64,000 nt of DNA from NCBI GenBank assembly GCA_963709345.1, contig CAVPVX010000002.1:192001-256000 (forward strand), in the 5' to 3' direction. This DNA comes from an uncultured Actinomycetes bacterium (GTDB lineage Bacteria > Actinomycetota > Thermoleophilia > UBA2241). Below, in pieces: positions 36,787-45,617 of the stretch (positions within the stretch are counted from its first letter, which is position 1; every line of letters begins with the position of its first letter). The notes below the pieces were generated by a model. The model ran no database searches. It was given only the letters and a program-made list of their open reading frames with translations, and was not told where the DNA came from. The translations under genes were made by a program, and so were the position numbers.

Positions 36787-37703
36787 GAGCCCGCGTCCGG
36801 CGCCAGCGCCACGTCCGGGTCTTCACCTCGCTCCAGAACCAGATCGAGGAGCTCGTCGAGGGCGGTGCCGAAGTCGGCGTCGATGTCGTCGCGCAGATCC
36901 ACGCGCGTCGTCAGAGCGGCTTCAGCCGCGCGGCGCAGCGTCTCGCGGCTCACCGGTCCGCAGGCGTCACGGTTCTCGGCCGAGAGCCGCTCGGCGATCG
37001 CCACCGTGGCGATGGCGCCCCGGACGGAGGCGCCTTTGCGAAAGCGCGGGTGCAGCCGCGTCGCCCGCGTGAGACGCACCGCGGTCTGCACCAGCGCCGC
37101 GTCACTCGAGCCCGTCTCGGCGACCACGATCGCCTGCTCCTCTTCGGCGCCCTGGTAGAGCAGGGCGAGGTGCTCGAAGCGATCGCGCAGCGCCTCCGAG
37201 AGGTGGCCGGTGGCGACGTACTCGACCGGGTTCTGCGTCGCCACCACCTGGAAGCCGTCGGCGGCACGCACCTCGCCGATGTGCGGCACCTGGACGAGGT
37301 GCTCGTCGAGCGCCGGCAACAGCACGTTCTGCACGGATTCGGGCATGCGGTTGAGCTCGTTGATGAAGAGCACGCGGCCGTCGCGCATCGCCTCGACCAA
37401 GGGGCCGGCGAAGAACGAGTCCTCACCGTACCCCTGCTTGAGCACCAGCGGTGGGTCGAACCAGCCGGTGAGCTTGCTCTCCGAATAGCGGTCGTCCCCG
37501 TCGACGCGCACCGTCTCGCGGCCGAGGTGGCTGCAGACGGCCAGAGCGACGGTCGTCTTGCCGACGCCCACTGGCCCCTCGAGCAGAAGGTGTCTGCCGG
37601 TCCCGAGCACGGCAAGGGCCGTCGCCAGTTCGCTCTCGCGCCCGACGATGCCGTGCTGCCGCTGGATGCTCTCGATGGGGGTCACGCGCTCCTCCTCGTC
37701 CAC
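36774..37703 (-). CDS. MoxR-family AAA+ ATPase
   Basis: HLLLEGPVGVGKT, F.INELNR, QN.LL.ALDE, VVATQNP.E, LSEAL.DRF. Confidence 0.88.
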   Translation of the reverse strand: MDEEERVTPIESIQRQHGIVGRESELATALAVLGTGRHLLLEGPVGVGKTTVALAVCSHLGRETVRVDGDDRYSESKLTGWFDPPLVLKQGYGEDSFFAGPLVEAMRDGRVLFINELNRMPESVQNVLLPALDEHLVQVPHIGEVRAADGFQVVATQNPVEYVATGHLSEALRDRFEHLALLYQGAEEEQAIVVAETGSSDAALVQTAVRLTRATRLHPRFRKGASVRGAIATVAIAERLSAENRDACGPVSRETLRRAAEAALTTRVDLRDDIDADFGTALDELLDLVLERGEDPDVALAPDAGSPKA

Positions 37704-37789
37704 TGCCGTCCCGGCTGCGCTCGCCCACAGCGGGGACGACCGCCCTGCCAGTCTACCAACGCCCGGGGCCCGTCACAGCCCGCGGGCGG

Positions 37790-39664
37790 CTACCGCAAGA
37801 CCGCGTCGGCCACCTCGAGCATACGTCGCGGCAGCGCGGCAAAGCCGCTCACCCGCACCACCCCCCCGTCGCTCGCCCGCGCGACGGCCTCCCCGACCGC
37901 ACGTCGCGGCGAGATCCACACGCCTTCTCCGCTCGAGAGAGGCTCGTCCACGAGCAGGACGTGCAGCGCCCCGAACGACGCCGCCGCGGCACGGGGATCG
38001 GGACCGACCGTGTACACGCAGTCACTGACGAGCAGGCCGCTGCGACGCGGATCGCGGCCACGCCGCAACTCGGCGTGGCCGCGCTCGAGCGCGGCGGCGA
38101 TATGCGTCCCGCCACCGCACGGCGACGACAGCATGCGCCGCACGAATTCCGTGGGCGCCACGGACTCCCCGAAGCGGGAGATCGTACGCGCCTCGCCGGC
38201 GAAGAGCACGACGGAGAGATCGCCCGCATGCAGCTTGAGCGCCAGCACGGTCGCCGCCACCGTCGCCAGCGCCATCTTCTCCCCCGACATGCTCAGCGAC
38301 GTGTCGACCATGAGCACGACCTGGTGGCGGCGGTCGACCCGCCGCCGGACCACCCAGTCGCCCGGCTCCGGGTACGGCTTTCCGAGCAGGTTGTCGACCG
38401 TCGCCTCGACGTCGAGTTCGCCGGCGTACGGCTCGCGCAGCGGCTCGCGAATCGTGTGCGTGGCGCCCTTCAGCGGACCGACGAGGCGGGTGGCGCGCTG
38501 CAGCACGGCTCCGGCCGCGAGACGCTGGGCGCAGGCTTCCACGCGTGCGCCGGCCCCGCTCACCTCGCCGGCGCTGAGGGCGCCGGCCAGCCACCAGCCG
38601 TCGAGCTCTTCCACCGGCAGGCGCAGATGATCGGCCAGAGATCGCCGGTCGTCCAGCGCGTACGCGGGGGCGGCGTCGGCGGTCGTCGACCTGGATGCGG
38701 GCACTGGCGGCGCCCCCTGCGCCTCCCGGCGTACCTCCGCTCCTCCGTCCCGGCCCTCCGGGGGGGCGGCAGCCACGACGGCGTCCGGGTCTTCGCCGCG
38801 GTCGACGACCTTCGCCAGGACGTCGTCGAGCACGCCGGCGACGTCGAGGACGGCGCCGTCACGCACCTCGACGCGAGTCGTGAGGGCGGTGTGGACCGCG
38901 CGGCGCAGCATCTCGCGGCCGGTCCCGGCCTTGACGCGCTCCCCCTCGAGCCTCTCGGCGACGGCCACGGTGGCCGACGCGCCGCGCACCGAGGCTCCGC
39001 TATGAAGTTCGGGGTGCACACGCGTCGCCCGCGTGAGCCGCACGGCCGTGCGCACGAGCGCCGCGTTCGCGGAGCCGGTGTCCGCAGCCACGATGGCCGC
39101 CTCCTCGCCGGCGCTCTGATAGCCGAGGGCGAGGTGCTCGAAGCGGTCACGAAGCGCCTCCGAGAGCCCCCCTGTGGCCACGCGCTCCCCGGGATTCGCC
39201 GTCGCCACCACGAGAAAGCCCTGCGCAGCCCGCACATCGCCAAGACCCGGGACCTGTACCAGGCCCTCGTCGAGCGCGGGCAGGAGCACGTTCTGCACCG
39301 GCTCGGGCATGCGGTCGAGATCGTTGACGAGCAGAACGCCTCCGCTGCGCATCGCAGCCACCAGAGGGCCGGGCGAGAAGGAGTGCTCCCCGTAGCCGCG
39401 CACGAGCACGAGCGGCGGCTCGAACCAGCCGACGAGCCTGCTCACGGAGTAGCCGCCGTCGCCGTCGACGCGCAGCGTCGCGCGACCGAGGCCGTCGCAG
39501 ACGGCCAGCGCCACCGTCGTCTTGCCCACGCCGACCGGACCCTCGAGGAGCAGATGCCGCTCCCCGGCCAGAACCGCGCGGGCGATCGCAAGCTCCCTGT
39601 TACGCCCCACGATCACGCGCGGCGGCGGGACGGCCGCTCCCGCGCTCAGAACGTCGGCGTTCAC
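37790..39664 (-). CDS. in-frame MoxR AAA+ - VWA fusion protein
   Basis: EGPVGVGKT, LLVNDLDR, LSEALRDRF, linker, DTSLSM MIDAS, GGTHIAAAL. Confidence 0.85.
   Translation of the reverse strand: MNADVLSAGAAVPPPRVIVGRNRELAIARAVLAGERHLLLEGPVGVGKTTVALAVCDGLGRATLRVDGDGGYSVSRLVGWFEPPLVLVRGYGEHSFSPGPLVAAMRSGGVLLVNDLDRMPEPVQNVLLPALDEGLVQVPGLGDVRAAQGFLVVATANPGERVATGGLSEALRDRFEHLALGYQSAGEEAAIVAADTGSANAALVRTAVRLTRATRVHPELHSGASVRGASATVAVAERLEGERVKAGTGREMLRRAVHTALTTRVEVRDGAVLDVAGVLDDVLAKVVDRGEDPDAVVAAAPPEGRDGGAEVRREAQGAPPVPASRSTTADAAPAYALDDRRSLADHLRLPVEELDGWWLAGALSAGEVSGAGARVEACAQRLAAGAVLQRATRLVGPLKGATHTIREPLREPYAGELDVEATVDNLLGKPYPEPGDWVVRRRVDRRHQVVLMVDTSLSMSGEKMALATVAATVLALKLHAGDLSVVLFAGEARTISRFGESVAPTEFVRRMLSSPCGGGTHIAAALERGHAELRRGRDPRRSGLLVSDCVYTVGPDPRAAAASFGALHVLLVDEPLSSGEGVWISPRRAVGEAVARASDGGVVRVSGFAALPRRMLEVADAVLR
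38277..38506. repeat. 230-bp direct repeat, copy 2
   Basis: Matches 36308-36537. Confidence 0.85.
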
Positions 39665-39932
39665 GTCACGCCCCTCGCGCGAGGCACGGCGAGATCACGG
39701 CGGTGTGTCGCGTTCTGTCCGCACCCGTTCTCATGAGGCGCCTCCGTGAAGATGGTCGCAGAGTCGCACAGGTTCCCTCAGTATCGTGCGCAATCACACA
39801 CACAGTCAACGATGGCCCGCTCCCACGCCGCCCACCCCGCCGCCGCGCGCCCGAGCCGCGCGATCGTGCGACGATCGGCTACTGCGACGTCGGGTATCGC
39901 CGCACACCCGCCTGCCGTACACTTCTGGGGTG

Positions 39933-40703
39933 ATGCTGCCGCCCGACATCGGCCTGCCGACCGACGCCTGGTACCGGCGTCCTCTGGGCGAAGCGCTCGA
40001 GCGGGTCGCCCTCCGCGCCGAACTGGCGGAGATCTACTCGGCCGACGACCACAGCCTCCTCGCCGCCGACAACCGCCGCGCCGCGGCCGGGAGCGGCCTG
40101 CGGCTCACGGTGCACGGCCCCTTCGACGATGTCGAGACGGGTGCCACACGCGAGCGCGACCGAAGGTTCGCCATGCGTACGCACCGCCGCCACCTCGAAG
40201 CTGCGGCCGAGATCGGGGCGCTCACTTACGTGGTGCACCCCGACTATCGCGGCTGCAGCCTGCCCCGCGACCGAGAGGTGGTCGCGGCCCTGCAGAGGTC
40301 GATCGCCGAGTTCGAGGAGTGGCAGCGCGAGCTGGGCGTGCGCATCGTCATCGAGAACATGCCGGGCATCGGCTACTCGCACTTCGGCGCCCCCGGAGAC
40401 CTCGACCTCGGCGAGCTGGGGCTCGTCCTCGACACCGGTCACGCGGCGATCTGCGGCACCCTGCACGACTTCCTGAGCGAGCCTCGGGCGCGGTTGGCCC
40501 ACGTGCACCTGCACGACAACCGTGGCCCCGCCGACGCCGGCGACCCGCACCTGCCGCTCGGCAGGGGCATCGTCGATGTCGACGCCGTCATGCGCGCGGC
40601 GCGCGCCAGCGGCGCCACGGTGATCCTGGAAGTGCTCAGCGAGGAGAGCATCGCCGAGAGCGTGGCCTACATGGAGCACCGCGGTCTGCTCGCCGCCGGC
40701 TGA
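39933..40703 (+). CDS. sugar phosphate isomerase/epimerase (AP endonuclease 2 TIM barrel)
   Basis: TVHGPF, VVHP, IENMP, LDTGHA, HVHLHDN, D.HLPLG.G..D. Confidence 0.82.
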   Translation: MLPPDIGLPTDAWYRRPLGEALERVALRAELAEIYSADDHSLLAADNRRAAAGSGLRLTVHGPFDDVETGATRERDRRFAMRTHRRHLEAAAEIGALTYVVHPDYRGCSLPRDREVVAALQRSIAEFEEWQRELGVRIVIENMPGIGYSHFGAPGDLDLGELGLVLDTGHAAICGTLHDFLSEPRARLAHVHLHDNRGPADAGDPHLPLGRGIVDVDAVMRAARASGATVILEVLSEESIAESVAYMEHRGLLAAG

Positions 40704-40758
40704 GCGGCGCCCCACGCGACACCCATGGCAACGTCACGGGTGGCGTCCCGCGCGTTCC

Positions 40759-42414
40759 TCAGCCTGTCAGCCCCTCGAACGGGCCGGCGGCGTATATCGG
40801 CCGCCCCGCGAACAGGGTGAGCTCCACGCTCGCGTCGGCGATCTCCTGCGGCGAGACGGCCAGGATGTCGCGGTCCATCACGATGAGGTCGGCGGCCTTG
40901 CCGGCCTCGATGGTCCCGGTCTCGTCCTCGATGCCGAGCGCGTAGGCGCCGTGAGCGGTCCAGCTCCGGACCATCTGGGCGACGGTGACGCTCTCCTCCG
41001 GCCACAGTGGCCCTTCCTGTGTCGCGTCGGCGGGGTCCCTGCGCATGACGCCGCGCTGGATCGCCTGCAATGGATCCGGCGGCGGCGGCACCGGGTAGTC
41101 GCTGGCCGAGGCGGCAACGATGCTGTGGTCCCAGAAGCTCCGCATGGGGTACTCCCGGTCGGCGCGCTCACGGCCCAGATACGGCACCTGGCGCTCGCGG
41201 TACAGTTCGTCCTTCTGGAACCAGTACGGCTGCGGCACCGCCACCACACCAAGCGCGGCGAAGCGCGGCAGGTCAGCGGGGTCGAGAAGCTGCATGTGCG
41301 TTATGAGCGGACGCTCGACGCGGCCGCCCGTGGCGCGGGCCGCGGCCTCGACGGCGTCCAGACAGAGCGCGACCGCGCCGTCGCCGATCGCGTGGTAGTG
41401 CAGCCGGAACCCGGCCAGGGCGGCGGCGACCGACGCCGCCTCGAGACCGCCGGCCGGCCACATGGGATCACCGCGAAAGCCCGGGCGGTCGGCGTACGGC
41501 TCCTTGAGGACCGCGGTGTGGCCCTCCACGATGCCGTCGGCGAAGAGCTTGGCCCAGGCAGCCGTGACCAGCGGGCCCGTGTGGCGGGCCCGTTCCACGA
41601 CGGCGGCGCGAACCTGCTCCTCGACGGGCGCGTCCTCACGGATCCAGAGCGACAAACAGTAGCGGGCCGTGAGCGAGTCCTCGGCCTGAAGGACCTCGTA
41701 GGCGTCGAGCGCGGCGTCCCTCCCCACCTCGAGCACGGCGTCCTGGACGGTGGTGAGCCCGAACGGAGCGGCCACCGTGCGCTGGAAGTGCAGGATGCCG
41801 GCGCGAGCTTCGTCCAACGTCGGCGCCGGCATCGCGCGGACAACGAGCGCGGCCGGTCCCTCACGTAGCGTCCCCGAGGGGGTCCCGTCGCCCAGACGCT
41901 CGATCACCCCGCTGGGCGGATCGGGCGTGTCCGTGTCGATGCCGGCCAGCCGCAGGGCGCGCGTGTTGGCCCAGACGGAGTGGTAGCTGTCGTCGTGGAG
42001 CATCACCGGCCGGTCCGGGACGAGCGCATCGAGCCCCGACGCGAGCGGGCCGCCGGGTGGCATGACGGCGTCGCTCCAGCCGAATCCACGGATCGCCGGC
42101 AGCTCAGGATGCTCCCGCGCGAACGCCGCCACGGCGTCCAGACAGGCGTTCATCGACTCGAGCCCGCCGAGCGCCAGGTCGGTGAGCTCCTCGGCGGCGG
42201 ACGAGGCGTGCATGTGCGAGTCGATGAAGCCCGGCAGCACGAGCCGGCCGCCGAGGTCGACGACCACGGCCCCGGGCCCTGCCAGGTCGGCGACGACGTC
42301 GTTCGTCCCCGTGGCCAGGATCCGGCCTCCGGCAAGGGCCACGGCCTCGCAGCGGGAGCCCGCGGCGTCCGCCACGTGCACGACACCGTTCGTCAGGATC
42401 ATGTCGACAGCCAT
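40759..42414 (-). CDS. amidohydrolase 3 (YtcJ-like)
   Basis: DLGG..VLPGFIDSH.H, H..WAN..AL, K.FADG, HAIGD, SD.PV, G.IE.GK.AD. Confidence 0.88.
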   Translation of the reverse strand: MAVDMILTNGVVHVADAAGSRCEAVALAGGRILATGTNDVVADLAGPGAVVVDLGGRLVLPGFIDSHMHASSAAEELTDLALGGLESMNACLDAVAAFAREHPELPAIRGFGWSDAVMPPGGPLASGLDALVPDRPVMLHDDSYHSVWANTRALRLAGIDTDTPDPPSGVIERLGDGTPSGTLREGPAALVVRAMPAPTLDEARAGILHFQRTVAAPFGLTTVQDAVLEVGRDAALDAYEVLQAEDSLTARYCLSLWIREDAPVEEQVRAAVVERARHTGPLVTAAWAKLFADGIVEGHTAVLKEPYADRPGFRGDPMWPAGGLEAASVAAALAGFRLHYHAIGDGAVALCLDAVEAAARATGGRVERPLITHMQLLDPADLPRFAALGVVAVPQPYWFQKDELYRERQVPYLGRERADREYPMRSFWDHSIVAASASDYPVPPPPDPLQAIQRGVMRRDPADATQEGPLWPEESVTVAQMVRSWTAHGAYALGIEDETGTIEAGKAADLIVMDRDILAVSPQEIADASVELTLFAGRPIYAAGPFEGLTG

Positions 42415-42524
42415 CTCGCCTCCCGGGAAGCCTCGCGAAGTCTGCCGGTGACGATACAGGGTTGCGGCGCAGCACGTACAGCCCGTCGTGCCCGGAGCGG
42501 CCGCGCCGCCGTCCGGAGCGCGCG

Positions 42525-43616
42525 TCAGCGGCTGAAGCCGAACCCGAAGCCCGGGGGCTGCTCGAGCGGGAGCAGAGGGCTCAAAGGCACTCCCGCCCGA
42601 GCCTCGCCGTGGAAGTCCCGGGGGGCGACGTCGTTGGGTCCGCCGGCGTACAGCAGGCTGGCCAGCGCCTGGATCTGATCGCGCCCGACGCCGAGCTCGA
42701 ACTGACCGCCCCCGTAGAGGGTCACGCCGGCCGCCCGGGCGCGCGCGACGCAGTCGAACAGCGCGCTCAGGCTCCCGAACCGTGACGGCTTGATGTTGAG
42801 GTAACGCGGAGCGGCGGCGGCCGCGACCCGTACCGCGAGAGCTTCCACGTCGGCCCACGAGTGCACCGGCGCGTCAAAGCTGAAGCGCGCCTCCTCGCCG
42901 CGCAGCGCCTCGCGCGCCGGACCGTCGACGGCAGGGTCCTCGAGGATCGCGTCCGGGAACGCCGCCGCCACGAGGCGGTACTGCACCGGGTCCGGCGGGT
43001 TGTCGACCGGCGAGCCCTCGTAGAACGCCTTGAAGTCGAGCGCCCGCACGCGTCCCGTGGCCGCGATCTCGGCCATCAGACGGGCGTCCCACTCGGGTGT
43101 CGGGTCGAGCTTGAATTCGAGGCCCGGGTCCACGGCCAGCCACGGCTTGATGTCCAGCCGCGTGCTGAGGACGAAGCGGACGGGCGAGTAGGGAAGCCCG
43201 AGCGCCTCGCCCAGGCTGAGCTTCGCCTGCCGCAGGGCGAGGTCGAGCGCGGCGCTCTCGAAGCCCCAGCGCCGGTAGTGGCGAAAGAACTCCTGCTGCG
43301 GCGACCCGCCCGGGAACAGGTCGACGCCGCCCACATGCCGCGAGAAGCCGTCGAGCGACCACGAGCCGGCCAGCGAGAGAGCCGCCGGATAGTCGTCGTG
43401 GTCCTCGGCCGCGTAGGTCACGTCCTCGCCGCGGCCCTCCAGCCCGCCGCCGCTCAGGACGACCTCCGTCGTCACACGGCGGAAGCCGCTCGAGACGTCC
43501 AGCTCGCGACGCTCGACTCTGTAGCCGTCGACCTCCAAGCCGAGCCCCGCGAGATGCTCGTACAGGCCGGCGATCCCCGGCACGCGTTCCCTGCGATCAT
43601 GGCGCGAGATGTCCAT
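42525..43616 (-). CDS. enolase-superfamily (MLE/OSBS-like) protein
   Basis: G.GEDVTY, ESAALDLAL, FKLD, ILEDP, FDAP, NIKPSRFG, YGGGQFELG. Confidence 0.7.
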   Translation of the reverse strand: MDISRHDRRERVPGIAGLYEHLAGLGLEVDGYRVERRELDVSSGFRRVTTEVVLSGGGLEGRGEDVTYAAEDHDDYPAALSLAGSWSLDGFSRHVGGVDLFPGGSPQQEFFRHYRRWGFESAALDLALRQAKLSLGEALGLPYSPVRFVLSTRLDIKPWLAVDPGLEFKLDPTPEWDARLMAEIAATGRVRALDFKAFYEGSPVDNPPDPVQYRLVAAAFPDAILEDPAVDGPAREALRGEEARFSFDAPVHSWADVEALAVRVAAAAAPRYLNIKPSRFGSLSALFDCVARARAAGVTLYGGGQFELGVGRDQIQALASLLYAGGPNDVAPRDFHGEARAGVPLSPLLPLEQPPGFGFGFSR

Positions 43617-43683
43617 GCAGCCCTTGTACCCTCCCGGCGCGAATCACAGCCGCGCCCGGCGGCGTCTGGCATACTTGCGAGAC

Positions 43684-44448
43684 ATGCCTCCCCTCCCCGA
43701 CATCGGCATCTCGACCAGCGCCTGGTCGACGCACTCGCTGCCGTTCGCGCTCGAGCGCATCGCGAAACTCGCGCCGGCGGCCGAGATCCGCTCCTTCGAT
43801 ATGCACACGCTGCTCAGCAAGCGCAACCGCGTCGCCGCCCTGGCCGCCGGGCTCTCCTACACGGTCCACGGGCCGTTCGGCTACCGCGGACTGGGCGACG
43901 CGTCGGAGACCGCGAGACGCGCGGCGCTGGACGAGCACGCGCGGCATCTCGAGGCGGCGGCCGCCGTGAGCGCCCGCCTCTACATCGTCCACCCCGACTG
44001 GCATCCGGAGGTCACGCCGCGCGACTCCGTGGTGGTCGCCGCGCTGGAGCGCTCTTACGCGGAGCTCTACGACATGCAGGACGGGCTCGGGCTCGAAGTC
44101 GTGGTCGAGAACATGCCCGGCGCGGGCCACTCGCATTTCACGCAGCCCGGCGACCTCGACCTGCAGGGCCTCGGGCTGATCCTCGACGTCGGGCACGCAA
44201 GCATCAGCGGCTGTCTCGACGACTGGCTCACGGACCCGCGAGCCACACTGCGTCACCTCCACGTGCACGACAACGCCGGCGTCGGCGACGACGACGATCC
44301 ACACCTGCCGCTCGGCGCCGGCGTCGTGGACGCCGCAGCCGTGATACGCGCGGCGCGCGCGGCCGGGGCGTCCGTCGTCCTCGAGCACTACGACGAGTGG
44401 GCGGTGCTCGCCAGCCTCGCCCGCCTCCAGACGCTCGATCTGCTCTGA
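43684..44448 (+). CDS. sugar phosphate isomerase/epimerase TIM barrel, paralog of 39933-40703
   Basis: PDIG.ST.AW, TVHGPF, ENMPG.G.SHF..PGDLDL..LGL.LD.GHA shared with the first copy. Confidence 0.82.
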   Translation: MPPLPDIGISTSAWSTHSLPFALERIAKLAPAAEIRSFDMHTLLSKRNRVAALAAGLSYTVHGPFGYRGLGDASETARRAALDEHARHLEAAAAVSARLYIVHPDWHPEVTPRDSVVVAALERSYAELYDMQDGLGLEVVVENMPGAGHSHFTQPGDLDLQGLGLILDVGHASISGCLDDWLTDPRATLRHLHVHDNAGVGDDDDPHLPLGAGVVDAAAVIRAARAAGASVVLEHYDEWAVLASLARLQTLDLL

Positions 44449-44642
44449 CCCCAGCCCTCCGTCGGATCTCGCCGGCGCCGGCGCCGAGGCCGCCGCTCAA
44501 TCTGCGAGCAGTTCGATCAGCTCTCCTTTGATGTCATGCAGCCGCTCCGGGATCACGCCGGCCGACGCCGCCCGTTTGATAGACTCGCCCTGCGCCGCTC
44601 CCGGCGCTCCACCGCACACGCCAACGACCGAAGGCGCACGCC

Positions 44643-45479
44643 ATGAGCCAGTCCTTCACGTACACGGGCACCAGCGACTACATCGCCGCGCCCGACCTCA
44701 TGCAGACCGTCAACGTCGCCGTGCAGCTCAGCCGCCCGCTGCTCATCAAGGGCGAGCCCGGCACCGGCAAGACCATGCTCGCCCAGAGCATCGCCCGCGG
44801 CCTCGAGATGCCCCTGCTCGTCTGGAACGTGAAGTCCACGACCAAGGCGCAGGACGGGCTCTACGTCTACGATACCGTGCAGCGCCTCTACGACGGCCAG
44901 TTCGGCGACCGCGACGTGAGCGACATCGCCCAGTACATCAAGCCCGGCAAGCTGGGCGAGGCCTTCGCCGGCGAGGAGCGCGTGGTGCTCCTCATCGACG
45001 AGATCGACAAGGCCGACCTCGAGTTCCCCAACGACCTCCTGTGGGAGCTCGACCAGATGGAGTTCCACATCCCCGAGACCCACGAGACGATCAAGGCGAA
45101 GCAGCGGCCGATCGTCCTCATCACCTCCAACGCTGAGAAGGAACTGCCGGACGCGTTCCTGCGCCGCTGCGTGTTCCACTACATCGAGTTCCCGGACGAG
45201 GAGATGATGGAGCGCATCGTGCGCGTGCACGTGCCGGAACTGGACAAGCGTCTGCTCGACCTCGCGATACAGGCCTTCTACTGGCTGCGCGACGTGCCCG
45301 GCCTGCAGAAGAAGCCCAGCACCAGCGAGCTCATCGACTGGGTGCAGGCGCTGGCGCGCGGCGGAGTCGACCCCAAGCAGATCGCCGCGCGCCTGCCCTT
45401 CATGGGCGTGCTTCTCAAGAAGGATCACGACGTCGACGTGGCCAACCGGGCGCTCGCGAGCGGCCGCGGCCGCAGGTAG
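44643..45479 (+). CDS. MoxR-family AAA+ ATPase (CoxD-like)
   Basis: PLLIKGEPGTGKT, LLIDEIDKAD.EFPNDLL, ELPDAFLRRC, KKPSTSELIDW. Confidence 0.92.
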   Translation: MSQSFTYTGTSDYIAAPDLMQTVNVAVQLSRPLLIKGEPGTGKTMLAQSIARGLEMPLLVWNVKSTTKAQDGLYVYDTVQRLYDGQFGDRDVSDIAQYIKPGKLGEAFAGEERVVLLIDEIDKADLEFPNDLLWELDQMEFHIPETHETIKAKQRPIVLITSNAEKELPDAFLRRCVFHYIEFPDEEMMERIVRVHVPELDKRLLDLAIQAFYWLRDVPGLQKKPSTSELIDWVQALARGGVDPKQIAARLPFMGVLLKKDHDVDVANRALASGRGRR

Positions 45480-45510
45480 AGCGGGCCGGCCGCCGGACAA
45501 AGGGGAACGC

Positions 45511-45603
45511 ATGAGCGTGGGAGGCCTCGAGCTCTTCATCATCATCGTGGTCGCGATCGTCGTGGCCGTGCTCGTCCTGCGAGAGATCATGACGAAGCGC
45601 TGA
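45511..45603 (+). CDS. 30-aa single-TM peptide MSVGGLELFIIIVVAIVVAVLVLREIMTKR
   Basis: AAGGGG RBS-like site; fills the gap between the AAA and VWA genes. Confidence 0.5.
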   Translation: MSVGGLELFIIIVVAIVVAVLVLREIMTKR

Positions 45604-45617
45604 AACGCGGCGCGCTC

